IMG/VR virus record: IMGVR_UViG_3300036861_000507
Coordinates: 29,969 to 93,968 of that record
Strand: one strand, 5' to 3'
Length of the DNA: 64,000 bases
DNA from: a virus
Part shown: in pieces, positions 1 to 8,904 of the stretch
How positions within the stretch are numbered: the first letter of the stretch is position 1
How the letters are laid out: the number at the start of each line of letters is the position of its first letter
Translations under genes and position numbers: made by a program
The notes under the pieces: generated by a model
Database searches by the model: none
What the model saw: only the letters and a program-made list of their open reading frames with translations
Told to the model about the DNA's origin: nothing

Positions 1-1022
1 TCGTTCTGAGCTGGTAACAGCGCGCTGTTGACAAAGAGGCCGCCCGCGCTGCCCCACATCGTTGTATCAGTCGTTGCGCCACTATTGACCCATCGCACCT
101 CCTGATTACGCGCCAATTCGATTGCCACGCCACCGGCGCTGACGCCGACCGACGTGTCGAGATCGTCAAAAACAATGATCCCCTTGCGAAATGTTGCCGT
201 AACAGAAGTGCCGATGATCAGGCCGGCCGAGCAATTGGCGGTATAGCCGCTGTAGCCCGCCGAAATATTGATGCCGAGGGTGCTGCCGGGCAACACTCCG
301 GAATACGGAGTCAGATCAACGATTGATCCAGCATTTGCGACGGTGAATTCGTTCTCGGTAGCGCCGCCAACACCGATATTGCGGATCGCGAGACCGTAAA
401 CGCCAACCGCAATGGGGAATACGCCGCTCGTGTCGTCATTCAAGCCGAAACCGCTGACACCTTGCGATCCTCCAGACGCCGAACCTGCCCACGAGAAGAA
501 ATCGCACGTGCGCGCCCCCCCGACCACGCCAAGCGTCCCGATTGCGCTGACGGCCGACAACTGCGCATTTTGAGTCGATGCTGGGAATGTAGTCTCCAAC
601 CAATCTGGGGTCGACATCGGAGCGTCAGAGCTGCCGAGCGCAGCCGTGCCCACAAACAGTCGATTGAGCCGATGGACCTTGGCTGTTCCAGGGTTTGTAA
701 AGTATGTCGGATTCCAGAACGTAGCTGGACTGCCGATGACGGCGGAACTATCATTGAGGCGGCCAGCGGCACCAAACGTAACCGAAGCCGGCACCATCAG
801 GTTGTCGCTGTCGTCGATGGTGACGCCGGAGCCCTGCAGGAGCCCGGTGCTGGCGTCGTAGCGGATGACGGCATTGTCCGTGGTCGCGCTCGGAATGCCG
901 ACGCCGACGATCAGGTCGGCGACCGTGATCCGACGCGAGTTACCGCTCAGGACCCCGTAGAGGTAGTCCGTGGAGAGGATCGAGACGCCAGGTGGCAGGG
1001 ACGAGAGGGCCTTGTCGCTCAT
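1..1022 (-). CDS. Virion/tail-fibre-like protein, runs off left edge (not in ORF track)
   Basis: Manual translation from ATG 1022: MSDKALSSLPPGVSILSTDYLYGVLSGNSRRITVADL...TDNAVIRYDASTGLLQGSGVTIDDSDN..., open to position 1; ATGA overlap with upstream gene; G/S/T/V-rich. Confidence 0.7.
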   Translation of the reverse strand, partial: MSDKALSSLPPGVSILSTDYLYGVLSGNSRRITVADLIVGVGIPSATTDNAVIRYDASTGLLQGSGVTIDDSDNLMVPASVTFGAAGRLNDSSAVIGSPATFWNPTYFTNPGTAKVHRLNRLFVGTAALGSSDAPMSTPDWLETTFPASTQNAQLSAVSAIGTLGVVGGARTCDFFSWAGSASGGSQGVSGFGLNDDTSGVFPIAVGVYGLAIRNIGVGGATENEFTVANAGSIVDLTPYSGVLPGSTLGINISAGYSGYTANCSAGLIIGTSVTATFRKGIIVFDDLDTSVGVSAGGVAIELARNQEVRWVNSGATTDTTMWGSAGGLFVNSALLPAQN

Positions 1023-1273
1023 ACGACGGGCTCCGTGACCCGCTTGGTGATGGTCGCGCCGATGGCGGTAACGTCTCCCTCCAATTTCAGGGCATCGGTG
1101 CCGATGTCCTGCATGTCACCTTCCAGCAGCAGCACGCCCTCCTGATCACCCTCCAAGGCCAACAGGAAGGAGATGCGCGAGGTGTTGAAGGCTCCCGTCG
1201 GGGCCTCCGACACGCGCACGGTCTTCCCGCCGGATGCAGCGCCGCTGATCCGCTTGGTGACGGTCGTGGGCAT
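1019..1273 (-). CDS. Hypothetical late protein
   Basis: Coupled ORF in late operon with LxLEGD repeats. Confidence 0.65.
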   Translation of the reverse strand: MPTTVTKRISGAASGGKTVRVSEAPTGAFNTSRISFLLALEGDQEGVLLLEGDMQDIGTDALKLEGDVTAIGATITKRVTEPVV

Positions 1274-1279
1274 AGGGTG

Positions 1280-1606
1280 CTAGCGGTTCTCGCTGGACCA
1301 GACGTAGAGCCGGCCAGCGCCAGTGGCGCCGGCCTTCGTGACGCGCAGGCGCTCACCGTGGGCATGGACCACGACGCCAGTGTCTGTGGGGTCGAAGGAG
1401 GCGCGCAGTTGAGGTGAAAGCCCAGTCGACACAATCAGCCAGCCATCGCCCGTATCGCCAGCCCGCGGATAGAGCCCGATCTCGAGCGAGCCGCCGGTGT
1501 CGCCGGATATGTTGACCCAGCGCCACTGCTCGACCCGACCCGAGAGATTGGGGCCCGTGTCGGTCTGCGTGCCGGTGTCGTTGAGCTCGAAAAGATGGCG
1601 CTGCAT
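1280..1606 (-). CDS. Hypothetical virion-associated beta-rich protein
   Basis: ORF with RBS in late operon. Confidence 0.65.
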   Translation of the reverse strand: MQRHLFELNDTGTQTDTGPNLSGRVEQWRWVNISGDTGGSLEIGLYPRAGDTGDGWLIVSTGLSPQLRASFDPTDTGVVVHAHGERLRVTKAGATGAGRLYVWSSENR

Positions 1607-1620
1607 GGCGCTGGCCCTCT

Positions 1621-2025
1621 TCAGTGCGCGCGAATGGATTTGCCGGTGGTCGCAACGAGTGCATCCAGCACGGGCTTGGGCAGGTCGTAGTAGCTGCGCG
1701 AGTAGTACACGACCCCGGCGATGGAGCGCTGGAAGACGATCGCCAGCTTCAGGTCGTGGGGGTAGACCTGGACCAGGACGTCGTCCTCGTCGAAGCGGAT
1801 CGGCCTGAGCGCGCCCTTGGCCGCGAATGCCTCGATGGCATTGGCCACCGCGTCGTCGAACACGGGACGCTGGAGCTTCTTCTGGCTTGCCGTGACGAAC
1901 TTGCGCTTGGGCGCGTACTGGGTCCGATAGTTGGTCAGGTTGGCCACGACGCGCGGGTGGATCACGACGTGGCCGGAGGCCTTGAGGCCACCGAGGTGCT
2001 CACCGTTCACGCGGTCAAGGGGCAT
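1621..2025 (-). CDS. Hypothetical protein
   Basis: MPLDRVNGEH..., overlaps end of terS. Confidence 0.6.
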   Translation of the reverse strand: MPLDRVNGEHLGGLKASGHVVIHPRVVANLTNYRTQYAPKRKFVTASQKKLQRPVFDDAVANAIEAFAAKGALRPIRFDEDDVLVQVYPHDLKLAIVFQRSIAGVVYYSRSYYDLPKPVLDALVATTGKSIRAH

Positions 2026-2536
2026 CCGGCTCATCCTTCTTGTCGACCTGGGCCTCGCGCAGGATGTCGAGCACGGCCCTGGCGACGTCGCGGGAGGAGG
2101 CATCCGGGATCAATGGGGCGCCGTCCTTGCCGGTCACCTCGTTGGACACCCGCTCGCGCCACTTCTCCGGCTGCCTGTTGGTCAGCCAGAACTTGGCGGC
2201 GCTGACGTCGGGAGGCACATGCTCCTTGTGGGGCACGATCACCGGGACGCCCTCGTACTGCATGATCTTCACGGCGTCGTAGGTGTAGCCGACGGCGCGC
2301 TCGTAGACCGAGAAGCCGACGCGCTCGTCCGCGACCTCCTTGCCTACCCTCACTGCGTCTGAAAATTCCTGATGCGCTGCAAGCCATTGGTAGATGGTTG
2401 AACGCACAACGCCGAACTTGTCGGCGAGCTCGGCCATGGTGGCGCCGCGGGCGCACATCTGGACGGCGATGTCTGCAAATTCAGGGCGGTAATCGGTCGG
2501 TCGACCCGGGCCGCTGTCGGTGCTGGCGTCGCTCAT
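2015..2536 (-). CDS. terS: Terminase small subunit
   Basis: GRPTDYRPEF..HTH..STIYQW..F..A, PPDVSAAKFWLTNRQPEKWR and EVTGKDGAP motifs. Confidence 0.88.
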   Translation of the reverse strand: MSDASTDSGPGRPTDYRPEFADIAVQMCARGATMAELADKFGVVRSTIYQWLAAHQEFSDAVRVGKEVADERVGFSVYERAVGYTYDAVKIMQYEGVPVIVPHKEHVPPDVSAAKFWLTNRQPEKWRERVSNEVTGKDGAPLIPDASSRDVARAVLDILREAQVDKKDEPDAP

Positions 2537-2736
2537 GTCTCGGCGATGGTCTTCTTGCGGGCGGGCTTGTGCTTGTAGAGCTCGCACCAGCCATCCGGGC
2601 TGATGGTGCCGGCGACGGCCGTGCAGGCGTGCGGCGGCCGGAACATCGTGCACTTGGCGCACTGCCGGTCACCCCGGGGGCGATCCTGGTAGCGGACGAT
2701 GCCCTTGCTGCTCTTCTTGTCGGCGTACGTTGCCAT
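2533..2736 (-). CDS. HiPIP-like 4Fe-4S protein without Tat signal
   Basis: YQDRPRGDRQCAKCTMFRPPHACTAVAGTISPDGWCELY matches the short HiPIP/Iro pattern C-x2-C...C...GWC. Confidence 0.8.
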   Translation of the reverse strand: MATYADKKSSKGIVRYQDRPRGDRQCAKCTMFRPPHACTAVAGTISPDGWCELYKHKPARKKTIAET

Positions 2737-3113
2737 GCTCGATTGCTCGATTGAACCTCGCACGCTTCGGCTGGGCACCCGGTATTTCATCAGCCGCTCG
2801 AGCCCGTTCCTCCGCCTTGGATCCTGAGATCGTTTGGTGCGCGGGGCGTACGGGTATCTCGGTAACGGCGAGTGAAACTGGGTACTCCGCTGGAAGCGGG
2901 TAGCTGATTTGCGCTTGAGCGCGAAGGGGTCATGTCGCCGAAATACCAAAGCATCGACATGAGGGGATGGATGTGTCGGCGCCGACGACATGCGCGGGGC
3001 CAGAAATGCGAAGCCCCAGCGCTTGGGCCGGGGCTTGTGCTCACCTGATTCGGGAGCGTGCCTACATTGGCTGACACAGACCCGGCCGCCCGTCCAATCA
3101 CGTCTTCGTGATA

Positions 3114-3308
3114 TTAGTTAACCGAAGTTCGCGCCCACTCCATCGCCTGCTTGCAATCGGTCATCTTGGTGTGACCGAACATGCAGGCGCCGCCGTGCGG
3201 AACCTTGTCGGTCCACAGCAGATAGACGCACTGCCAGCACACCTTGCAGTAGGCCGAGAACGGCTCATCGGGGAAGGCGAGAGCGCGGCGGTCGGGCAGA
3301 TTGTCCAT
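3114..3308 (-). CDS. Small Cys-rich hypothetical protein
   Basis: CxxC plus further Cys; RBS-like context. Confidence 0.5.
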   Translation of the reverse strand: MDNLPDRRALAFPDEPFSAYCKVCWQCVYLLWTDKVPHGGACMFGHTKMTDCKQAMEWARTSVN

Positions 3309-3311
3309 GGC

Positions 3312-3524
3312 TCACCCCTTCCCTCCCGGCACCTTGCCGTCCAACTCCCTGCTCACCCGCATCGCCCAGGCAACCGCCTTGCCGATGGCGCGAGCTCGCC
3401 GAAGCCTCGAGGCGTAGTCGTCCCGGTGCGAGGTAGCGGGCTCGACCATGGTCGCCTTCTTCCAACCGAAGCGGCGAGCAGGAGGCCAGTCGGCGGCGAT
3501 TCTCTGCTTGTCGATGTCGGTCAT
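3312..3524 (-). CDS. Hypothetical protein
   Basis: MTDIDKQRIAADW..., GAGG upstream. Confidence 0.5.
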   Translation of the reverse strand: MTDIDKQRIAADWPPARRFGWKKATMVEPATSHRDDYASRLRRARAIGKAVAWAMRVSRELDGKVPGGKG

Positions 3525-3560
3525 GGTCCTAACCTCGTGTGACGGGATTCGTGCGGGCTG

Positions 3561-3587
3561 GTTTTCGCTGTTTTCGCTCTGTTCGCA
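3561..3587. repeat. Tandem (G)TTTTCGCT repeats, putative integrase arm sites
   Basis: GTTTTCGCT GTTTTCGCT CTGTTCGCA about 110 bp from the att core. Confidence 0.45.
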
Positions 3588-3688
3588 TGTTTTGGCCACC
3601 TTGGACAGTGCCGAGATTCGCGCTTATCATTCTAATTCCATGACATTTTCCGGGTTGAAGGCGCAATACGCGTACTTAGCCTGCTGAA

Positions 3689-3733
3689 TTTGTAAACCGT
3701 TGGTCGGGGGTTCAAATCCCTCAGCCGGCACCA
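3689..3733 (+). other. attP core: 3' half of tRNA-Thr(UGU)
   Basis: TT-TGT-AA ACCGTT GGTC GGGGG TTCAAAT CCCTC AGCCGGCA CCA = anticodon loop to CCA; no 5' half; adjacent to integrase 3' end. Confidence 0.88.
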
Positions 3734-3763
3734 TGAAATCATTAGCTTTTTGCCATTCCACCG

Positions 3764-5128
3764 TTACTCAAGCTCATCGATTGTGACGGCCTTTGTGCGG
3801 CCCGCTGTCGCGGATTGCGCCGGACCCGGCAAGGCGGTGTGACGGCTCCCCTCCTCGAACGCACGACCGCGATCAAGCGCGGCATGCAAATGCTTCACCT
3901 CGAGGAAGGCGTAGGCGCGCTCGGTCTGCTCGATCGAGGCGTGTCCCAGCCACTTCGAAACTTCCTCCATGGAGAGCCGCAGGTCCTGCAAGAGCCGGCA
4001 CCCGCACGTGCGTCTCAGGTCATGCCAGCGCAGATCGGGGATGACGTCGGCCCAGGCCTGCTTCTCCTGGAGGGCGGCGATCTCAGTCCGGCGTGCCGGG
4101 GTCAGCTTCAGTCCCTTCTGCGCGAGCTTGGTCACCTCGCGGCGAAAGATGTAGGTGCGCCCGCCTGTGGCAATGTCCTTGAGCATGGGCAGCAGGTCAA
4201 AATAGCGGCTGCGGGTCTCGCCATCCTGGTGCCATAGCACGAACGGAGCCTTCTCACGCCCGCGCGGGTCGTTCTTGCCGGCCAACACATCGGCGGCCCG
4301 CGGCAGGGCTTTCAAGATCTTGACGCTGCGCTGAGGGATCGGAATAGTGCGGCCCTTGCCCGTCTTGCGACCAGTCTTGGCGAGCTCTCTTGGGACGTGC
4401 CACTCCGGCGTAGCCTTATCCAGATCGATCATGGTCCAGTCAGCAGCGAGCAACTCCTCCTTGCGCAAGCCTATGTCGATCGTCAGCACGATACCGGCGA
4501 ACAGCATGATGTGGTCCTCCTGCCGCATCGCCTCGCCATCCCAGCGCGTGAGCTTACCCCGGCAACGCCTGATCAGTTCGTCCTCCTCCTGGTGGCTCAG
4601 ATAGCGGGTGCGGGTCGGCGCTGGCAACAGCAGGCCGCGCTTGGCGCGATTGCGCACGTAAGCTGCCACGCGGTTGCCCTCCACCCACTCCCACTCCATG
4701 GCGCAGGTGAACATGGCGGATAGGCAGGTGAGGTCGTTCAGGATCGTGCCGCTGGTGACGCCATCGCGTCGGCGCTTCTGCTCGAACTCCGACAACGTCG
4801 ACGAGGTGATCTCGTCCAGCATCTTGCCCTTGAATTGCGCGGTGAGCACCTTGAGGGACTGCAGATAGCGCTGCGCTCCACGCGGCTTCAACCGCGGCAG
4901 ATGTTCGTCTATGAACTTGTTAGCTGCCTCCGTGTAGGAGCGCGCAGGCTTTTCTCCCCAGCCTTGACCCTCGAGCTCTGCGAGCCACTTCTTGACCCGC
5001 TCTCGAGCAACCTTTGGATCCTTTGTTCCAAGAGGGTCTCGGAATGGCTTTCCATTCTTTTCCTTGCGCCCCCACGCCCACTCCCCGCGCCACCAGACGT
5101 TGTCGATTTTCGGCTTCTTGCTTGCCAT
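3764..5128 (-). CDS. int: Tyrosine integrase
   Basis: GLRKEEL, HDLRRT, LGHAS, TERAY catalytic motifs. Confidence 0.95.
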   Translation of the reverse strand: MASKKPKIDNVWWRGEWAWGRKEKNGKPFRDPLGTKDPKVARERVKKWLAELEGQGWGEKPARSYTEAANKFIDEHLPRLKPRGAQRYLQSLKVLTAQFKGKMLDEITSSTLSEFEQKRRRDGVTSGTILNDLTCLSAMFTCAMEWEWVEGNRVAAYVRNRAKRGLLLPAPTRTRYLSHQEEDELIRRCRGKLTRWDGEAMRQEDHIMLFAGIVLTIDIGLRKEELLAADWTMIDLDKATPEWHVPRELAKTGRKTGKGRTIPIPQRSVKILKALPRAADVLAGKNDPRGREKAPFVLWHQDGETRSRYFDLLPMLKDIATGGRTYIFRREVTKLAQKGLKLTPARRTEIAALQEKQAWADVIPDLRWHDLRRTCGCRLLQDLRLSMEEVSKWLGHASIEQTERAYAFLEVKHLHAALDRGRAFEEGSRHTALPGPAQSATAGRTKAVTIDELE

Positions 5129-5331
5129 GCGGTCTTCCTCTTGGCGCCGGCCGCGAGCCAGCGCTCGAAGGCCTGCAGGTCGAATAGATAGGAGGTGTGA
5201 GCGCCAGCGGGCTGGGTGGCGAAGTCGATCTTCTCCTCCGACGCCATGCGCTGCCAGTAGCGCGCGGTTTTGCCGGTGCGCTCGGCAAGATACTTGGCAC
5301 TGACGAGAGGGGGGCGCTCATGGATGATCAT
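4909..5331 (-). CDS. xis: Excisionase-like HTH protein overlapping int 5' end
   Basis: N-terminal AlpA/HTH_17-like domain (LVSAKYLAERTG..FDLQAFERWL) directly upstream of int. Confidence 0.65.
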   Translation of the reverse strand: MIIHERPPLVSAKYLAERTGKTARYWQRMASEEKIDFATQPAGAHTSYLFDLQAFERWLAAGAKRKTAWQARSRKSTTSGGAGSGRGGARKRMESHSETLLEQRIQRLLESGSRSGSQSSRVKAGEKSLRAPTRRQLTSS

Positions 5332-5735
5332 TCGTAAATCTCCCCGCTATGCTCACGCACCCATACCCGCAGTGCATCCAGATCATCCGGGCACATGCGG
5401 AACCACTCGCAGTGCATGCGCTGGGCGCGGAATTGCTTGTGTAAGGCGCGCTCGTCGCGGCCCTGTCCCTTCGCGACAGCCCACAGCTTGAGTTGGAAGG
5501 GGCAGCCAGGCTGCAGATTGGCCATCCGGGCCCCTGCGCTGTCTTCGGTGTATCCGAGCTTGATGCAGCCACAGCATTCGATGAAGTACACGCGACCGCG
5601 GTTAAGGCGATCAATCTCGCGTCGCGCAGCTCGACGCTCCTTGACGCTCTTCGAAGTGATCTTGGCGGTCAGCGCCAATGCCTCGGCCACCTCGTCGCTT
5701 GCGACCATCACGGACGGGTGCAGGCGTCTACCCAT
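5328..5735 (-). CDS. GIY-YIG (T5orf172/MUG113-like) nuclease
   Basis: VYFI..IKLGYT..R..LQ..ERALHKQF..EWF. Confidence 0.8.
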   Translation of the reverse strand: MGRRLHPSVMVASDEVAEALALTAKITSKSVKERRAARREIDRLNRGRVYFIECCGCIKLGYTEDSAGARMANLQPGCPFQLKLWAVAKGQGRDERALHKQFRAQRMHCEWFRMCPDDLDALRVWVREHSGEIYE

Positions 5736-6414
5736 GTCTCTCCCCTTCCCCCGCCGCCGTGAGCGCCCCGTCCGGTGCACGAGAGCCGGGCCTTGTCTCG
5801 AGGTCATCGTCCTCGGGCCCGTCGTGGCAGACGCAGTCGCATGGCTCGTCGGTGTCGTCGCCGTAGCGCTCCCTTGCACAGTCGAGGGCGTCGTCGTGTA
5901 GGCATGCGCAGTGGCGCCTCATGACGCTTCCTCCGGCTTCGCCGCCTTGCACCACTCCGCGCACTTCTTGAACGAACGAGGCCGTGAGCCAGCGTGCGGC
6001 GAAGCCGGGCCGCTCCTGGATACCCACCGGCATGCGCTGCTCGCCGTCCTTGACCACGCCGGCGACGTTGCTCAAGAGCTCGTGCGCCCTGGCGACCTGG
6101 TCTCTCAGCTTGAAGGCTTCGTCCGGGCTGGCCCAGCCGCTTTCGATGAGGCGCTCGATGACCTCCTGGGCGTGCGGGTCGCAGCCGCAGTGGGGCCAGT
6201 CGCAGTCCTGGGGCGGGTCGGCTGTGGGCTGGGCTTTGCACTTCCAACTGACGAGCGCATGCCACTCGCGGATCGGCTTGACGACGACATGGCCGCCCAC
6301 ATCCATGCCGATGCCGCCGCCTTGGGTGACGTGCAGGCTGGGCGCGTAGTAGTCGCCTTCGCGCTCGCGCCAGAGCTCGCGGTCGGTGTTCTGCTTGCCG
6401 ACTTGATCGGTCAT
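5728..6414 (-). CDS. Hypothetical protein
   Basis: Coupled ORF with PQDCDWPHCGCDP motif. Confidence 0.6.
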   Translation of the reverse strand: MTDQVGKQNTDRELWREREGDYYAPSLHVTQGGGIGMDVGGHVVVKPIREWHALVSWKCKAQPTADPPQDCDWPHCGCDPHAQEVIERLIESGWASPDEAFKLRDQVARAHELLSNVAGVVKDGEQRMPVGIQERPGFAARWLTASFVQEVRGVVQGGEAGGSVMRRHCACLHDDALDCARERYGDDTDEPCDCVCHDGPEDDDLETRPGSRAPDGALTAAGEGERHG

Positions 6415-6575
6415 GATCTGCCCCGATCGTGAGAGCCGTCGTGGTGACCGGCGATGTAGCCGGCGATGCTCACGAAGGCGATGGCGATGGCCGACGCCGC
6501 GTTGTGGTGCGCGACCCAGGCGATGATCACGAGCGTCGAGACCGCAATGCTGACTGCGAGGGTGGTGCGGGTCAT
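6411..6575 (-). CDS. Small membrane protein
   Basis: MTRTTLAVSIAVSTLVIIAWV...; ATGA overlaps at both ends. Confidence 0.55.
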   Translation of the reverse strand: MTRTTLAVSIAVSTLVIIAWVAHHNAASAIAIAFVSIAGYIAGHHDGSHDRGRS

Positions 6576-7267
6576 GCCGCCTCTCCGCTCTTCTGCTGCT
6601 CGGGAAGGTTGAGGGCGCGCTTCACGGCCGCTTCCGCCGCGATGATGGCTTTGAGGATCGCCGTCCCGACCTGCGGGACAATCGCATCCCCGAAGGCGCT
6701 TCTGCAGTCGGCAGCCAGTGTGGAGGAAATCCCATCACCCACTCGTAGATGGCGAGCAAGACTTGCGGGTCCGTCACGCCAGCCGCTGTGAGCTTGTCGG
6801 AGGTGCGGAGCCCCCGCATGGATAGCGCCCACCACCAGTGGCCAGCAGGCGTAACCGCAGGCTTCCAGCTTCCCAAGTACTCGGTCGACGCCGCGAGTTC
6901 TGAGGCGAGGGCTGTTCTCAAGACATGCCCAATGAGGCCGTACCTCGTCGATGATCCGGACCGCTTCGAAGACGAGTCTCGTCTCGGCGCCGTCGATCCC
7001 GCGGCCGCGATGATTGGCAGCGCTGGCGTCCTGGCAGGGAGGACTTCCGAGAACAAGATCAACTGCTCCGCATCCATCCTTGTCGAGCCTCTTGGCTGTC
7101 AGCTTGGTCACGTCGCGATAGAGCCGCACGCCAGGAAAATGAGCCGCGTAGTGGGCGCGCTTCCAGGCGTCGATCTCACAAGCGGCCACGGTCTCGATGC
7201 CGCAGGCATGTGCTGCGAGCGTCCAGCCGCCGATGCCGGAGAAGAGATCGAGCACGCGCAGCATCAC
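6572..7267 (-). CDS. DNA cytosine-5 methyltransferase, alpha polypeptide
   Basis: Motif I FSGIGG, IV GSPPCQ, VI ENSP, VIII GAPHLR, X FGDAIVPQV; motif IX absent. Confidence 0.88.
   Translation of the reverse strand: MMLRVLDLFSGIGGWTLAAHACGIETVAACEIDAWKRAHYAAHFPGVRLYRDVTKLTAKRLDKDGCGAVDLVLGSPPCQDASAANHRGRGIDGAETRLVFEAVRIIDEVRPHWACLENSPRLRTRGVDRVLGKLEACGYACWPLVVGAIHAGAPHLRQAHSGWRDGPASLARHLRVGDGISSTLAADCRSAFGDAIVPQVGTAILKAIIAAEAAVKRALNLPEQQKSGEAA
6622..7077 (-). CDS. C5-MTase beta polypeptide in overlapping frame
   Basis: Nested ORF carries motif IX-like YEWVMGFPPHW and a QLILF N-terminus. Confidence 0.7.
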   Translation of the reverse strand: MDAEQLILFSEVLPARTPALPIIAAAGSTAPRRDSSSKRSGSSTRYGLIGHVLRTALASELAASTEYLGSWKPAVTPAGHWWWALSMRGLRTSDKLTAAGVTDPQVLLAIYEWVMGFPPHWLPTAEAPSGMRLSRRSGRRSSKPSSRRKRP

Positions 7268-7473
7268 TCCACCCCCATCCTCGCCAATGCCAACTCGATC
7301 TTGCGGATCACGTCGTCGAGCGTCTGGGCCAATGCCTTCTGCTCTTCCCGTGCCGTGTAGGTGCCGAGCTTCTCGGCCAGCATGTGGCCGACGAGCGCGA
7401 GCTTCTTGAGCGCGACCAGCTCGATGCCGCGCACTTCGATGGTGACGGAGGCGGTGTCGACGATGTTGAGCAT
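7264..7473 (-). CDS. Hypothetical protein
   Basis: Coupled ORF MLNIVDTASVTIEV... Confidence 0.6.
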   Translation of the reverse strand: MLNIVDTASVTIEVRGIELVALKKLALVGHMLAEKLGTYTAREEQKALAQTLDDVIRKIELALARMGVE

Positions 7474-7679
7474 CACGTGGTCTCCACCTTCGCCAACCTC
7501 TTCCGGTGATAGTCGCCCCGATGCTGCTGCAGTGCCCTCTCGGTCTTGAACCGCCTTGAACACAGATCGCACTTGATCCTGGTGAGCCGTGCGGCCTTGT
7601 CGGCCTGCTCGTGGGCGTGCTGGGACTCGCGCTCTGAGGTGAGGGTTGGGGAATGGGCGATGGATTGGGTGCTCGGCAT
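7473..7679 (-). CDS. C2H2 zinc-finger protein
   Basis: KCDLCSRRFKTERALQQHRGDYH. Confidence 0.65.
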   Translation of the reverse strand: MPSTQSIAHSPTLTSERESQHAHEQADKAARLTRIKCDLCSRRFKTERALQQHRGDYHRKRLAKVETT

Positions 7680-8431
7680 CAGGCGGCCTCCGCTCTAGCC
7701 GCACTCACTGGGAATTGCCGGACCATGAGATCGTCCGGGATCGGTTTCTTGCCGGTCATCTGCTTGAAGAAGAAGGCGACGCCAGCCGTGGCGCATTCGT
7801 CGCGAAGATCACGCGCCCATTGCGGGTCCATCATGCGGGCCCCGGTGCCGCTCTCTCCGCCGCAGATGATCCAGTCGGGCACTGGGTAGACATCCCGGAG
7901 CGAGAGCGGTCCGAGCGCGGGCTCGTAGCTGATGAAGTGCACGGCGGCTGACACGCTCGCGAGGTGCCGGTAGCGCTGCTCAAGATGGTTCTGATCTTCC
8001 GCCGTCGTGCCAAGCCACACGTTCGGAAAATGCCCGGCCTGCACCCACAGGCTCGGCAGCATCTTGCGGATGTTCTGCGGCCGCTTCGTCAGCAGCAGCC
8101 AGTCAAGCTCTGGCGTCTTCAGGATCAGGCTCCACAGATCAACTCGCCACTCGACCGGCACCTGGTTGTCGAACACATCGGCGAGCGAGGCGCAGAACAC
8201 GCGCGGGCGCTCACCCGATGCACGCGCCGCCTTCGCCCATTGCAGAGGCTTTTTCCAGGTCTCGGGCGACGTGCGCTTGCGCTCGCCGTGCGGACCCCAG
8301 CCCTGGACCCAACCCCAGCGCTCGTTCATGACGCGCGCGTAGCAATGATCGCAGGCTGGCGACATCTCCTGGCAGCCAATCCATGGGTTCAGCGTATGCG
8401 TGGCCCACTCGATCTTGGTGTTCTCGGCCAT
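7679..8431 (-). CDS. Gp37/Gp68 (DUF5131) radical-SAM-like protein
   Basis: TKIEW..NPWIGC..SPACDHCYA, LLTKRP, WIICGGESG, FFFKQ. Confidence 0.9.
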   Translation of the reverse strand: MAENTKIEWATHTLNPWIGCQEMSPACDHCYARVMNERWGWVQGWGPHGERKRTSPETWKKPLQWAKAARASGERPRVFCASLADVFDNQVPVEWRVDLWSLILKTPELDWLLLTKRPQNIRKMLPSLWVQAGHFPNVWLGTTAEDQNHLEQRYRHLASVSAAVHFISYEPALGPLSLRDVYPVPDWIICGGESGTGARMMDPQWARDLRDECATAGVAFFFKQMTGKKPIPDDLMVRQFPVSAARAEAA

Positions 8432-8802
8432 CACTCCACCGCCCCCTCGTACTTCCTGAACCGCCAGGACTCGACCGTGCATTCGCCCCACTTGCCGGCG
8501 ATCTCCATCAGCAGGACGATGTCGTCGCGGTCCCACTGCGACGTCTTGCTGCGCGAAGGCTCCTGGTTGATCAACGCCGAGACGATGGCGAGCTTGCCGG
8601 CTGACGGCTCGGAGTAGACGGAGAACTCCGGGATCTGCTCGACCAGATCGCCGATCTGGAACGGATTGGTGCGCTGCACCGCGGGCAAGAGGTCGCGCAG
8701 GACGCGCGCCTGCATCGCAAGCGACGGCGGCGATGGCGGCTTGCCATGGTTCCGATCGAAGAGGCGCTGCAGGTCGGCGGCGCTGAGCATGACTTTTTCC
8801 AT
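8431..8802 (-). CDS. Hypothetical protein
   Basis: Coupled ORF. Confidence 0.6.
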   Translation of the reverse strand: MEKVMLSAADLQRLFDRNHGKPPSPPSLAMQARVLRDLLPAVQRTNPFQIGDLVEQIPEFSVYSEPSAGKLAIVSALINQEPSRSKTSQWDRDDIVLLMEIAGKWGECTVESWRFRKYEGAVE

Positions 8803-8904
8803 CTCTCTCTTTCCTTCAGGTGAGGCGGCGGCTCCGGGGCGACTGCTCATGGGCAACAAGCCGATCGCTCACTCTTGCCGGGGCCGCCGCCCCATTCGTG
8901 AAAC

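Noticed and set aside
2761-2800. Hammerhead-like CTGATGA on minus strand in late leader
   Set aside because: No GAAA core or compatible stems
3661-3733. Complete tRNA-Thr gene
   Set aside because: 5' acceptor, D-arm and 5' anticodon stem are absent
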